NCBI GenBank assembly: GCA_046728175.1
Contig: JBKPEA010000026.1
Span: forward strand, 2,203-66,202
From: Thermodesulfobacteriota bacterium
GTDB lineage: Bacteria; Desulfobacterota; Binatia; Binatales; Binataceae
Length of the DNA: 64,000 nucleotides
Direction of reading: 5' to 3'
Shown here one piece after another: positions 48,462-58,965 of this stretch. Every line of letters begins with the position of its first letter. Positions within the stretch are counted from its first letter, which is position 1. Both the position numbers and the translations under genes were made by a program. A model generated the notes under the pieces. That model was not told the origin of the DNA. It made no database searches and worked only from the letters and a program-made list of their open reading frames with translations.

Positions 48462-50021
48462 CTAGCCGGGATACTTGGTAAGAACGATCTTGTGATCGGT
48501 AATCTTCTTGCGCAGCGTGTTGCGATTCAGCCCGAGCATACGGGCAGCTTTGACCTGGTTGCCGCCGGTGCGTTTGAGTGCCAGCTCGATGAGCGGTCTC
48601 TCGATTTCGGCCACCAGCTTTTCATACAGATCCCGCGGCTCTTCGCCGTCGGGTGAGTCGAGCCATTGTCCGATCCGGCCGGCGATCAATTCGGCGAGCG
48701 CGACACTATCGCCGCTGGTGGCGAGTGACTCGGCACTCGCCTGCGGCGTGGGACCACTGGGGGACAGCTCGATATCCTCGGCGCGAATGGTATTTCCGGG
48801 TGCGAGCAGCGCGGCGCGCAACACCGCATTTTCCAGTTCGCGTACATTGCCGGGCCAATCGTGCGCAGCGAGTTTGGCGCGCGCTTCGGTGCCCATCGCG
48901 GTCACCCGCGCACCCATCTCGCGCACCGCTTTGCCGACGAAGTAGTCGGTCAGCTCGGAGATGTCTTCGCGGCGGTCGCGCAGCGGCGGAAGATGAATCG
49001 GGATGACATGGAGGCGGAAGTAGAGATCCTCGCGAAAGCGCCGCGCGGCGACCAGTTTCTGCAGATCCTGGTTGGTGGCCGCGATCACCCGCGCCTTGAC
49101 CCGCAGCGATTCGACGCTGCCAACCCGGGAGAACTCGCGCTCCTGGAGCACGCGCAGAAGTTTGGGTTGAAGCTCGAGCGGAAGGTCGCCGATTTCATCG
49201 AGGAAGATGGTCCCCGCGTCGGCCATTTCGAACTTGCCCGCTCTTCGCTCGTTCGCACCCGTGAACGAGCCCCGCTCATGGCCGAACAACTCGCTTTCCA
49301 GCAAGCCCTGCGGAATCGCCGAGCAGTTCACTGCCACGAACGGTGCGCGCCACCGCCCCGACTTGAAGTGAATCGCGCGGGCGACGAGGTCCTTGCCGGT
49401 GCCGCTCTCGCCGAGCAGCAGCACGGTCGCATCGTTGGTGACGACGCGCCCTATCAGCTTATACACTTCCTGCATTGCAGGGCTGCGCCCGATTATCTCC
49501 CCGCCCACCAGTTGGCGATTGACCTCGTTCTTGAGCCGATCGAGGTCGGCCGCCTGCTCCGCGACTTCCACAGCGCGTCCAACCGTGGCGGCTACCAAGT
49601 CGAGATTGACAAAAGGTTTGGTCAGATAGTCATGGGCGCCCCGCTTCATCGCCTCCACCGCGTTGTTCATCGTGCTGGCGGCGGTGATTATGAAAATGAG
49701 GGTGCGGATATTTTCGCCGCGCGCGGCGGTTAGAACTTCCAGTCCGCCGGGACCGGGCATGATGATATCCACCAGCGCGACATCGAAGCGTCCGGAGCGC
49801 AGCAGCTCGAGCGCGTTGGCGCTATCCGACGCCTCCTCGACCGCATATTGTTCGGCTTCCAGCCGATGCCGCAGAACGAGGCGAATCGCCGGGTCATCGT
49901 CGGCGATGAGGACTCGCGCCCGTGGAGGGGTCTCGATTCCGGGGTTGTCGGGGAGATTGGGCTCTGCGGATGACATTGCTAGATCTGGTGTCGGCTCATC
50001 GTAACAGTAATAGTCACCCAC
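48462..50021 (-). CDS. Sigma-54-dependent (NtrC-family) response regulator
   Basis: Receiver domain, then AAA+ '[15 protein letters not shown]' and 'GAFTGA', then a C-terminal Fis-type HTH. Confidence 0.9.
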   Translation of the reverse strand: MGDYYCYDEPTPDLAMSSAEPNLPDNPGIETPPRARVLIADDDPAIRLVLRHRLEAEQYAVEEASDSANALELLRSGRFDVALVDIIMPGPGGLEVLTAARGENIRTLIFIITAASTMNNAVEAMKRGAHDYLTKPFVNLDLVAATVGRAVEVAEQAADLDRLKNEVNRQLVGGEIIGRSPAMQEVYKLIGRVVTNDATVLLLGESGTGKDLVARAIHFKSGRWRAPFVAVNCSAIPQGLLESELFGHERGSFTGANERRAGKFEMADAGTIFLDEIGDLPLELQPKLLRVLQEREFSRVGSVESLRVKARVIAATNQDLQKLVAARRFREDLYFRLHVIPIHLPPLRDRREDISELTDYFVGKAVREMGARVTAMGTEARAKLAAHDWPGNVRELENAVLRAALLAPGNTIRAEDIELSPSGPTPQASAESLATSGDSVALAELIAGRIGQWLDSPDGEEPRDLYEKLVAEIERPLIELALKRTGGNQVKAARMLGLNRNTLRKKITDHKIVLTKYPG

Positions 50022-50037
50022 CAGCGAGTCATCGCGA

Positions 50038-51126
50038 TCATCGATCGCCCGCCGGGAGGGTGACTTTGAATGTCATGCCCGCGCGGTGCTCGGTACGACT
50101 GGAGCGCCGGCCGACCCCACCTGCCGAAGCCCATAGCCGGCCGCCGTGAAGTGCGACGATACGCTGGCTTAACACGAGCCCGAGTCCGGTGCCGTCGGGC
50201 TTGGTGGTGAAGAACGGGGTGAAGAGTTGATCGATCTCCTCCTCGGCCAATCCGGGCCCGCTGTCACTAACCTCGACGCGCAAGAATTGCCGACGACGGC
50301 CCTCGGCGGTCACACGAAATTCGCTTTCCATCCGGGTATGCAGACGGATTACCCCCTCCGCGCCGATCGCCTCGGCGGCATTCTTGACCAGGTTGAGGAA
50401 CGCTCGCTCCAGCGCCGAGGCGTCGCCGATGACTTCCGGCAGGCTTGGATCGAAGTCTTGAACGATGCGAACGGTGTCGGGAGCGCTCGGGTACAGCCCG
50501 GCCATCCTGAGCGCCTGGTGCAACACCTGATGGATATTGACCGGTTCTTGCGCAAGACGCTGGGGCGAACTGACGGCGAGAACCTGTTCCACGAGCGCGG
50601 CGATCCGATTTACCCCATCCAGGATCACGCCGCAGTACTGCTGGGCCCGCCCATCGGAGGGATACATCGAGGCCAGAAGCTCCGCCGCCCCCTTGATGCC
50701 GGTCAAAGGGTTTTTGACTTCATGCGCCAGTCCGGCGGGGGAAAGTCGCAGGCTGGACTCTACCGATTCTGCGGTCTGCGCGGCGGTCTTCTCATGGGAG
50801 AGATCATGGAGCAGGACGATGGCGCCGTCAGGACGGGTATCGGCAGCAAGGAGCGGCGAAACTTCGGCCCGGACTCTCATTGATCGAGCCCCGACACACA
50901 GAAGCGCATCAGGGTCTCCCAGGGTTTGCCCACTTTCTAGGCATGTCTGAATCATCTTCTGGAGCCACGGATTTTGTCCGAGCAGGTCAGCGAGTTCATG
51001 CGTCCCGATGGTGGAAGTGCCGAAGATGGTCTCAGCGGCCGGATTAACCCGGAGAGGACAGCCATCGTTCGACACGACGACAATCGCGTCGGGTAGACTG
51101 TCGATAATATCGCGCCAGAGATTCAC
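50038..51126 (-). CDS. PAS-domain sensor histidine kinase (cytoplasmic, NtrB-like)
   Basis: H-box 'HEVKNPLTGIKGAAELL' and an HATPase_c G-boxes. Confidence 0.85.
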   Translation of the reverse strand: MNLWRDIIDSLPDAIVVVSNDGCPLRVNPAAETIFGTSTIGTHELADLLGQNPWLQKMIQTCLESGQTLGDPDALLCVGARSMRVRAEVSPLLAADTRPDGAIVLLHDLSHEKTAAQTAESVESSLRLSPAGLAHEVKNPLTGIKGAAELLASMYPSDGRAQQYCGVILDGVNRIAALVEQVLAVSSPQRLAQEPVNIHQVLHQALRMAGLYPSAPDTVRIVQDFDPSLPEVIGDASALERAFLNLVKNAAEAIGAEGVIRLHTRMESEFRVTAEGRRRQFLRVEVSDSGPGLAEEEIDQLFTPFFTTKPDGTGLGLVLSQRIVALHGGRLWASAGGVGRRSSRTEHRAGMTFKVTLPAGDR

Positions 51127-51365
51127 TATCGATTATGCGGACTTGGCGGTAGCAGTTCGGGTCGTTTTACGAAGCTATCATAAAGGCGATTGTCAACTAA
51201 GGGTTGGCTTGAAACCTACCGAAAATGCGGAGAGTTTTGGTCTTCTGTGCGAAAGTTATTAACAGGCCGTCCGACTCACATCAGTATTTTTTATGCTCGA
51301 TTCCCCGCGACGTGGTTGACCGTTGCTGTCTCACCGGTTAGGGTTTGGGCGGTTCTCGGGGGAGA

Positions 51366-52313
51366 ATGCCTAGACGTAAAGCCATACTCAGTGCATCCTC
51401 GGCTCTGATTTTGATGCCGCTTCTCGCGGCGGCGTCCGGATTTGCAAACGAAACCCCGCTCGCCCCTACGATTTCTGCTGGGCCTGGCATTGGCGACCCG
51501 GCCAACTTTAACCGTGAACCGGTCAAACTCGAGCCAAGTTCTGCAGTCCACACTCCGTTTGTAGTCGGACAGCCCAAGCCGGTAGCTCCATTTCCGATTC
51601 TCCTCAACCGGCTGGTTCAAGGATATGTCGATGACTATCTGAACCAGCCCGCATCTTGGGAATCCAGCGTCCAGCGGAGCCGGCCATTTTTTCTGGAAAT
51701 GGCGCAGGCCCTCCGCGCGAAGGGTGTTCCCGACGACATGCTTTATTTGAGCTTCGCCGAGAGCGATTTCAGTGAACGCGGCAAAGGGCCCTGGCAGTTC
51801 AACAAAGAAACCGCCCACAGGTACGGTTTGCGGATCGACCGGTGGGTGGATGAGCGCCGGGACCCTGGCCTTTCTACCAAGGCGGCCGCCGAGTATCTCT
51901 CTGACCTTCACCAGGCAGCCGGTTTCGACTGGCGGGTGGCAGTTGTGGGATGGAATGGCGGCGACCTGGCGATCGACCGCTACTGGCTGCTGCGCGGCGA
52001 TAACTTCAACCGGTTCATGGACCTGCTGCCCGCCCAGACCCGGGCGTTGATGGGCCGCTTCATGGCCCTCGCATTCGTGGCGCACAATTCCACTCGCTAC
52101 CGACTTGTCCACCTCGACTACGATACACCTCCTGAATATCACGAGGTTCCGGTACGGGGCGGCACAATGCTTTCAAAGTTGGCAGGCTCGTATCGTACGA
52201 CGGTAGCCAAACTCCATGATCTGAATCCCGCCCTGTTGCGCGATCGCATACCGCCCGACGCTCACAGCTACAAAGTCCGCGTTCCACTGCTGCGGACGGC
52301 ATTCGCCGAGTAA
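51366..52313 (+). CDS. Lytic transglycosylase (SLT domain) with C-terminal LysM, secreted
   Basis: Signal peptide. SLT core 'AESDFSERGKGPWQFNKETAHRYGL'. LysM 'YKVRVPLL / GGTMLSKLAGSY'. GGGGGAG ribosome-binding site. Confidence 0.75.
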   Translation: MPRRKAILSASSALILMPLLAAASGFANETPLAPTISAGPGIGDPANFNREPVKLEPSSAVHTPFVVGQPKPVAPFPILLNRLVQGYVDDYLNQPASWESSVQRSRPFFLEMAQALRAKGVPDDMLYLSFAESDFSERGKGPWQFNKETAHRYGLRIDRWVDERRDPGLSTKAAAEYLSDLHQAAGFDWRVAVVGWNGGDLAIDRYWLLRGDNFNRFMDLLPAQTRALMGRFMALAFVAHNSTRYRLVHLDYDTPPEYHEVPVRGGTMLSKLAGSYRTTVAKLHDLNPALLRDRIPPDAHSYKVRVPLLRTAFAE

Positions 52314-52396
52314 CGAGCTCACCACTCGCCCCCTGTCCTTGCATACTTGATGGTTTCGGTTCTCAACAGCCGCGAAGCCGCGTATCCTTCTGATTT

Positions 52397-53650
52397 GTGA
52401 TCGGTGTCGATGAAGCGCTTGCCATGGTGCTGGACGCGGTAAGCCCGCTCGGTGTCGAGCGGGTGGCTTTGCTTCACGCCCTGGGGCGGGTTTTGGCCCA
52501 GGAAGTTCAGTCGCCACGAGATATCCCCGGGTTCGATAATTCGGCGATGGACGGCTATGCGGTTCGCTCGGCCGATATCGCCGGCGCGGGCCCCGATAGC
52601 CCGGTGCGGCTTCAAGTAACCGAGACCGTACCGGCCGGTACCATGCCCGTTGGGGAATTGCGACCCGGTCAGGCGGCAAGGACGATGACCGGCGCCCCAA
52701 TCGCGCGCGGTGCCGATGCGATAGTTCCGATCGAACAGACGCGCGGCAGCGGTGACCAGGTCGAAATACTCGCATCCGCCCCACCTAGTGCGTTCGTCCG
52801 CCCGCGCGGTGAGGACCTCAAGCAAGGGGAGGTCGCGATGACCCCCGGGAAGCTGCTCGGCGCCGCAGATCTCGGGATGCTCGCGTCGCTGAACCGGGCG
52901 ATGGTCGGGGTTTATCGCCGGCCGCGAGTGGCGATTGTGGCCACCGGCGACGAACTGGTGGACGTGGATGAATTACCGACCGGAGCACAGGTGGTGAATT
53001 CGAGCGCGTATGCGCTTTCGGGCGCGATTCGGGAAGCGGGTGGAGAAGCCTCGATACTTCGCGTGGCGCGCGACACACCGGCCGAGGTTCAGGAGCGCCT
53101 GAGGGAGGCAGTTGCCTTCGATGCGATCCTTACCACAGGTGGGGTGTCGGTTGGACAGTTCGATCACGTCAAGACCGTGCTCGATGAACTCGGAATGAAG
53201 ACACTTTTTCACGGGGTTGCACAAAAACCGGGACGTCCTCTGAAATTCGGAACGCTGCGCGATCGTCCCGTTTTCGGGTTGCCGGGCAACCCCGTCTCAA
53301 CCCTGGTCTGTTTTTATCTCTACGCGCGGCCCGCATTGCTCAAGATGAGCGGAAGGCGCGAGTTGGGTCTGCCCCGCATCACGGTGCGCTGCGCCACGGA
53401 CATCAAGCTGGCCAAGGGGCTCACCGAATTCGTGCGGGTGAAGCTGGAGCGGCGCGACGACGAATACCTCGCGGTCCCGACCGGTAACCAGGGCTCCGGC
53501 ATCTTCAGTTCCATCGCCCGCGCCGATGGCCTCTTGATTGGACCGGCGGAAGTGAGCCAGCTGCGCGCAGGCGATCACTGCGCGGTGCTGCTGCTGGCCA
53601 CCGATGCGGGTGACACCGCGTTCTTCGAGCGTCGTTTCCACATGAACTGA
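52397..53650 (+). CDS. moeA: Molybdopterin molybdotransferase MoeA
   Basis: 'GFDNSAMDGYAVRSAD' and 'GDELV' MoeA motifs. Confidence 0.85.
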   Translation: MIGVDEALAMVLDAVSPLGVERVALLHALGRVLAQEVQSPRDIPGFDNSAMDGYAVRSADIAGAGPDSPVRLQVTETVPAGTMPVGELRPGQAARTMTGAPIARGADAIVPIEQTRGSGDQVEILASAPPSAFVRPRGEDLKQGEVAMTPGKLLGAADLGMLASLNRAMVGVYRRPRVAIVATGDELVDVDELPTGAQVVNSSAYALSGAIREAGGEASILRVARDTPAEVQERLREAVAFDAILTTGGVSVGQFDHVKTVLDELGMKTLFHGVAQKPGRPLKFGTLRDRPVFGLPGNPVSTLVCFYLYARPALLKMSGRRELGLPRITVRCATDIKLAKGLTEFVRVKLERRDDEYLAVPTGNQGSGIFSSIARADGLLIGPAEVSQLRAGDHCAVLLLATDAGDTAFFERRFHMN

Positions 53651-53847
53651 ATGACGATCGTCGCCAGCACGCCGAACAGGGCCGAAGCGACGACCACCGC
53701 CGAAAGGCGGAGCTGAAGGGTGAGAATGTTGAATGGCAGAAGGTGGAAATCGACGCTTTTCTCCAGATTGTTGTAGATCACAAAGATCACCCACAAGACG
53801 ACGATAGTGCCGACTATGAACTTGGGATTCTTCAAAAATGACGGCAT
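53575..53847 (-). CDS. LapA (DUF1049) family lipopolysaccharide-assembly membrane protein
   Basis: Two-TM pattern 'FIVGTIVVLWVIFVIYNNLEKSVDFHLLPFNILTLQLRLSAVVVASALFGVLATIVIQFMW', similar to E. coli LapA/YciS. Overlaps the moeA 3' end by 76 nt. Confidence 0.55.
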   Translation of the reverse strand: MPSFLKNPKFIVGTIVVLWVIFVIYNNLEKSVDFHLLPFNILTLQLRLSAVVVASALFGVLATIVIQFMWKRRSKNAVSPASVASSSTAQ

Positions 53848-53947
53848 CGCGGCCGCTCCTTATTGCCGGTTATCGCCAAGAAGCTTGCTCAGGCAGTCGC
53901 GACTTGTCAACGCAGGTAGGCGTCTGCGCGTCGGAGCCTGACCGTCC

Positions 53948-54427
53948 ATGGGGTACCGCGTGGGACAGGGATTCGATTTTCATCCGCTGGTAGAGGGGCG
54001 CAGGCTCGTTCTCGGCGGGGTCCCAATTGCCTATCCCAAGGGACTGCAGGGACACTCCGATGGGGACGTCGTGGCGCACGCCCTGGCCAACGCTATCCTG
54101 GGCGCGCTCGGCGAGGGCGATCTGGGGCGGCATTTCCCCGACCATGACCCTCGCTACGCCGGGGCGGACAGCGTCGGGTTGCTGAATGAGGTCTGGAAGG
54201 CCGCGACCGAGAAAGGATGGCGCCTCACGAACGCCGACCTCACCATTTTTGCGCAGGCACCAAAGCTCGCCACTTTTTTGGAGCCCATGCGGGCGCGCCT
54301 GGCAGGTGCGCTCGGCGTGGATCGGTCGCTGGTGAACGTCAAGGCCTCGAACCCCGAAGGTCTCGGCGCGTTGGGCCGCGGCGAAGGGATGGCCGCAGCG
54401 GCGATCGTGATGGTCGAAAAGAGCTAA
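53948..54427 (+). CDS. ispF: 2-C-methyl-D-erythritol 2,4-cyclodiphosphate synthase
   Basis: 'GQGFDFHPL', 'GHSDGDVVAHA', 'GADS'. Confidence 0.9.
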   Translation: MGYRVGQGFDFHPLVEGRRLVLGGVPIAYPKGLQGHSDGDVVAHALANAILGALGEGDLGRHFPDHDPRYAGADSVGLLNEVWKAATEKGWRLTNADLTIFAQAPKLATFLEPMRARLAGALGVDRSLVNVKASNPEGLGALGRGEGMAAAAIVMVEKS

Positions 54428-54466
54428 CCTTCAACCGGTACCTATTGTTTACGGAGGAATGCGCAA

Positions 54467-55414
54467 ATGGCCGAAAAGCATCCGATTCGTTTTGGAGTTC
54501 AAACCGGACAACAGAATGTCAGCTGGGCCGAACTGACCGAACTGTGGAGCAAGGTCGACGGCTGGGGATACGACTCGCTTTGGGTGTTCGATCACTTCTA
54601 TCCGATCTTCGTGCCCGATCCGACCGGGCCGTGCATGGAAGGATGGACGCTGCTTTCGGCCCTGAGCCAACACACCAAACGGGTGCGGCTGGGAGCCCTG
54701 GTCAACGGCAATACCTATCGCAATCCGTGTCTCACCGCGAAGATGGCGGCGACGCTCGACAATGTGTCGGGCGGGCGCTTTAACCTGGGAATCGGCGCAG
54801 GCTGGTTCGAGCTCGAGCATCAGAGCTTCGGGATCGATTTCAAAACCATCCCGGGCCGGCTGCAGGCGCTCGATGAGTCGTTGCGTATCATCAAGGGCAT
54901 GTTCACGCAGGACAAGACCTCACTGGAGGGGCGTCACTACAAGGTAGTCGACGCGGTTTGCAACCCAAAGCCGCTCTCGAAGCCACATCCGCCGATCATG
55001 ATCGGCGGGCAGGGCGAAAATACCCTGCTCAAAATTGTCGCGCGTCACGCCAACATGTGGAACGCGAGCGGAGATGCCGAGCGCATGAAGCATTTGATTA
55101 ACGTCATCAACCGGCACGGTGACACCGTCGGCCGCGACCCGGACGAAATTGAAAAAACCGTGATGATCGGGCTTTGCTATCGCGCACCGAAGGAGCGCGA
55201 GGAAGTGATGATGTCGATCATCGGTGCGATGAGCGGTAAGCAGCCCCAGGAAGCACGCAAGCAAATCATGATCGGCGACCAGCAGGAGTGCTTGGACACC
55301 ATCGAACGCTATCGCAAGGCCGGAGTGACCCACTTCATCTTCATGGCGATGGCGCCGTTCTTCCTGGAGGATTTCCAGCTTTTTGCCGAGGATGTGATAC
55401 CGGCGTTCCGGTGA
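54467..55414 (+). CDS. LLM-class (luciferase-like) flavin/F420-dependent oxidoreductase
   Basis: 'FGVQTGQQ…GYDSLWVFDHF' N-terminal LLM pattern. Lies next to the cof genes. Confidence 0.7.
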   Translation: MAEKHPIRFGVQTGQQNVSWAELTELWSKVDGWGYDSLWVFDHFYPIFVPDPTGPCMEGWTLLSALSQHTKRVRLGALVNGNTYRNPCLTAKMAATLDNVSGGRFNLGIGAGWFELEHQSFGIDFKTIPGRLQALDESLRIIKGMFTQDKTSLEGRHYKVVDAVCNPKPLSKPHPPIMIGGQGENTLLKIVARHANMWNASGDAERMKHLINVINRHGDTVGRDPDEIEKTVMIGLCYRAPKEREEVMMSIIGAMSGKQPQEARKQIMIGDQQECLDTIERYRKAGVTHFIFMAMAPFFLEDFQLFAEDVIPAFR

Positions 55415-55614
55415 TCTGCCCGATTTGAGCATGAGTAACCTCCGAAGAATTTCGGCCCTGCACCACGCCGCGGCCAGCTCAGGCGCAGGGAGGGTTCTGC
55501 TGCGGGCCCTAGTCGTGCCGCGGTTGCGGCGATGGTCGCGAGCCCGGCCGGCCCTCCAGTATCGAAATGCAACTAGGTTGCCTGCCCGGGGTCGATGGCC
55601 TATAAGTCCGAACA

Positions 55615-56811
55615 ATGGCGCCCGATCTTGCAGCGGAGTCAGCGGCGCGCGCGGGCGCGCCAACTCGGGAGATTCTCGACCGCGCGCTGGCCGACGACCC
55701 GATTTCCGAAGACGATGCGGTCGCGCTGATCGAGTGTCGCGACCGCGACCTCGACGACCTGATTGGAGCCGCGGCCGAGGTGCGCGATCGAGGCAAGGGC
55801 CATCACGTTACCTACTCACGCAAGGTGTTCCTGCCGGTCACCAATCTGTGCCGCGACCGCTGCACCTACTGCACGTTTCGCAAGGACCCGGGCGACCCTG
55901 GCGCGTGGACGATGCGTCCCGAGGAGATTGCGGCGTGGTCGCGACGCGGGCATGAGCTCGGATGCAAGGAAGCGCTGATGTGCCTGGGCGACAAGCCCGA
56001 AGTCGCGTTCAAAGAATATCGCGCGACGCTCGATGAACTCGGCGTACGTTCAACGATCGAGTACGTCGGGCGAGCCTGCGAGATCGCGCTGCAACAGGGG
56101 CTGCTGCCCCATACCAACGCGGGGCTGATGACGCGCGAAGAAATGGCGATGCTGCGTCCGCTCAACGCGAGCATGGGTTTGATGCTCGAGAACATCTCGC
56201 CGCGCCTGCGCGGGCGAGGCGGAGTTCATCAGGCGGCGCCCGACAAAGACCCGGCCCTGCGGATGAAGATGCTCGACGAGGCGGGCGAGCTCAGGATTCC
56301 CTTCACGAGCGGAATCCTGCTCGGGATCGGCGAGACCCCTGCGGAACGCGCGCAGAGCCTGGTTGCGATTCGCGGATCGCACGAACGCCATGGCCATGTA
56401 CAGGAGGTGATAATCCAGAACTTCCGCGCCAAGCCGGAGATCGCGATGGCCGACGCGCCCGAGCCCGATGCCTTCGACATGGTGCGCGCGATTGCGACCG
56501 CCCGCCTGGTGCTCGGACCCAGAGCGAACGTGCAGGCGCCGCCGAACCTGTCGCCCAATCAGATCGAGCTGTTCCTGCGGGCCGGCATCAACGATTGGGG
56601 TGGAATTTCACCGCTCTCCAAGGACTATGTAAATCCCGAGGCGCCGTGGCCGCATATCGAGCGTCTCGGTGAAAGGTGCGCCCGCGCGGGCTTTACGCTC
56701 GGCGAGCGTTTGGCAATTTACCCCGAATATATAGAAGATGAGTGGCTCGACCCGGCGGTCGCGACCAATGTGCGCGCGATGTGGGCTCGAACCGTCGGAG
56801 GCCAATCATGA
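55615..56811 (+). CDS. cofG: FO synthase subunit 1 (7,8-didemethyl-8-hydroxy-5-deazariboflavin synthase CofG)
   Basis: Radical-SAM 'CRDRCTYCTF' and CofG-like flanking sequence. Confidence 0.8.
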   Translation: MAPDLAAESAARAGAPTREILDRALADDPISEDDAVALIECRDRDLDDLIGAAAEVRDRGKGHHVTYSRKVFLPVTNLCRDRCTYCTFRKDPGDPGAWTMRPEEIAAWSRRGHELGCKEALMCLGDKPEVAFKEYRATLDELGVRSTIEYVGRACEIALQQGLLPHTNAGLMTREEMAMLRPLNASMGLMLENISPRLRGRGGVHQAAPDKDPALRMKMLDEAGELRIPFTSGILLGIGETPAERAQSLVAIRGSHERHGHVQEVIIQNFRAKPEIAMADAPEPDAFDMVRAIATARLVLGPRANVQAPPNLSPNQIELFLRAGINDWGGISPLSKDYVNPEAPWPHIERLGERCARAGFTLGERLAIYPEYIEDEWLDPAVATNVRAMWARTVGGQS

Positions 56812-58061
56812 ATCTGGAGCATTGGAGAAACTGGGTCGATGACATAGAAGCGGCCCCGCTCGATGCGCTTCTGGGCAAAACATCGCCCGGGGTGCGCGCA
56901 ACCCTGGAACGGTGCCTGGAGCGGCGCGAGATTACCCCCGAAGAAGGGCTCGCGCTGTACACCAGCAAGGATGACGATCTGCGGGCAACGGTGAAATGCG
57001 CCGACCTCGCGCGCTCCGCAGATGTCGGCAACGAGGTCACCTATGTCGTCAATCGCAATATCAACTTCACCAATATCTGTTTCGTCGGATGCCAGTTCTG
57101 CGGGTTCAAACGCCAGCGCTGGGAATCAGATGCGTACGACCATTCCGACGAGACGATTCTCGGCAAGGTTGCCGACGCGGTAGCGCGGGGCGCCACCGAG
57201 GTATGCATGCAGGGCGGGATCAATCCCGACATGCCGGCCTTCAAGTACCGCGACCTCTTGGATGTCATCAAGTCGCGTTTTCCCGAAATTCACGTGCACG
57301 CGTTCTCGCCGATGGAGATCATGTACGGCGCCAAGCGCGCGCGGATGGAATATCCGGAGTATATCGGGATGCTGCGCGACCACGGGCTCGGATCGATTCC
57401 CGGCACGGCCGCGGAAATTCTCGACGACGGTGTGCGCGAGATCCTGAGCCACAAGAAAGTTGATGTGGCCGCGTGGGTGGACATCATCACCACCGCGCAT
57501 TCGATCGGCGTGCCGACGACTTCCACGGTGATGTACGGTCATATCGAAACGCCGCGTCACGTGGTGAATCATCTTGACCTGATCCGCACGATCCAGAAGG
57601 AGACCCACGGCTTTACCGAATTCGTGCCGCTCCGCTTCATCCATGAGAACACGGTGATGTTCCGCAAGGGACTGGTAAAGCCGGTGGGACGCGGCGAGCT
57701 GGATTTCCAGATGTATGCGTTCTCGCGGCTGTTCCTGCGCGGCCAGATCAACAACATCCAGACCTCGTGGGTGAAATGCGGTGTCGACCTCGCCGCGCTA
57801 ACCCTCAAGACCGGGTGCAACGATTTTTCCGGCACCCTGATGGAGGAAAGCATCACGGCGCAAGCTGGCGGCGACGCCGGCGAATTCGTTCCGGTGGATT
57901 TGATCGAAGCGAAGGCGCACGAAGTGGGCCGGGTCGCGGTCGAGCGCAGCACGCTCTACAAGAAGCTCTACGGAAGAAAGGCGCCGAATGGTGCGCGGCC
58001 GATCTCCGCTTCCCCCATCCAGGCAGATAGTCACGCTTGCGGGGGGAGTGGGTGCAGCTAA
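56808..58061 (+). CDS. cofH: FO synthase subunit 2 CofH
   Basis: Radical-SAM 'CFVGCQFCGF'. ATGA overlap with the cofG stop. Confidence 0.8.
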   Translation: MNLEHWRNWVDDIEAAPLDALLGKTSPGVRATLERCLERREITPEEGLALYTSKDDDLRATVKCADLARSADVGNEVTYVVNRNINFTNICFVGCQFCGFKRQRWESDAYDHSDETILGKVADAVARGATEVCMQGGINPDMPAFKYRDLLDVIKSRFPEIHVHAFSPMEIMYGAKRARMEYPEYIGMLRDHGLGSIPGTAAEILDDGVREILSHKKVDVAAWVDIITTAHSIGVPTTSTVMYGHIETPRHVVNHLDLIRTIQKETHGFTEFVPLRFIHENTVMFRKGLVKPVGRGELDFQMYAFSRLFLRGQINNIQTSWVKCGVDLAALTLKTGCNDFSGTLMEESITAQAGGDAGEFVPVDLIEAKAHEVGRVAVERSTLYKKLYGRKAPNGARPISASPIQADSHACGGSGCS

Positions 58062-58953
58062 GTTCATCCGCGGCCTGGTTCGCCGGATCGCTCCGCAGCG
58101 CCTGACCGTCGTCGTCAATACCGGAGACGATGAGATTTTCTATGGGCTTCACGTCTCTCCGGACCTCGACACAGTCACCTACACGCTGGCCAATCTGGTC
58201 AACCGCCAGCAGGGCTGGGGACGGGGCGACGAATCATTCACTACGCTGGGGGAACTGGCGCGTTTCTATGGAAAGCCCTGGTTTGCGCTGGGCGATCGTG
58301 ATCTCGCGACCCACCTCTACCGGACCGAACGCCTGCGCGCGGGGGCGTGCCTTTCCGAGGTGACCAATGAAATCGTGCGTGCACTCGGCGTGAAGTCGCA
58401 GGTCCTACCGATGAGCGATGATCGGCTGCGGACCTTCGTGAAGATTCGCGGCAGCCGCGCGCTGCCATTTCAGGAATATTTCGTACGCGGCCGGGCACGC
58501 GGCGCGGTCGAGCGCATCGAACTGCGCGGCGCACAGCGTGCGCGGGTGCTGCCAACAGCGCTCCACGCTCTGCGCACGGCGGCGGCAACGATTCTCGCTC
58601 CTTCGAACCCCTTCGTCTCGCTGGGGCCGATTCTGGCCCTCGCCGGGGTCCGCGAAACGCTTGCACACTCGCGGCCGCGGGTTGCGGCGATCAGTCCGAT
58701 CGTGGGCGGACGCACCATCAAGGGTCCGGCGGACCGGATGCTGCGTGGACTGGGGATGGCGGTATCGCCGGTAAGCATCGCCAAGTTGTACCGCGAGATC
58801 GTCGGGGTATTCGTGCTGGACAACATTGACCGCGGGTACGCCGACAGGATCGAGAAGCTTAAGATGCGAACCGTCGTGGCTGATACGATCATGGCTACGC
58901 CATCCCGGGCCGCGCGGCTGGCGGACGTAGTCCTGCGCGCCCTTGACGTGTAG
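57988..58953 (+). CDS. cofD: 2-phospho-L-lactate transferase CofD
   Basis: 'VTLAGGVGAAKF' and 'NTGDDE'. The exact start is uncertain and overlaps the cofH 3' end. Confidence 0.75.
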   Translation: MVRGRSPLPPSRQIVTLAGGVGAAKFIRGLVRRIAPQRLTVVVNTGDDEIFYGLHVSPDLDTVTYTLANLVNRQQGWGRGDESFTTLGELARFYGKPWFALGDRDLATHLYRTERLRAGACLSEVTNEIVRALGVKSQVLPMSDDRLRTFVKIRGSRALPFQEYFVRGRARGAVERIELRGAQRARVLPTALHALRTAAATILAPSNPFVSLGPILALAGVRETLAHSRPRVAAISPIVGGRTIKGPADRMLRGLGMAVSPVSIAKLYREIVGVFVLDNIDRGYADRIEKLKMRTVVADTIMATPSRAARLADVVLRALDV

Positions 58954-58965
58954 GCTTAGCGGTTA

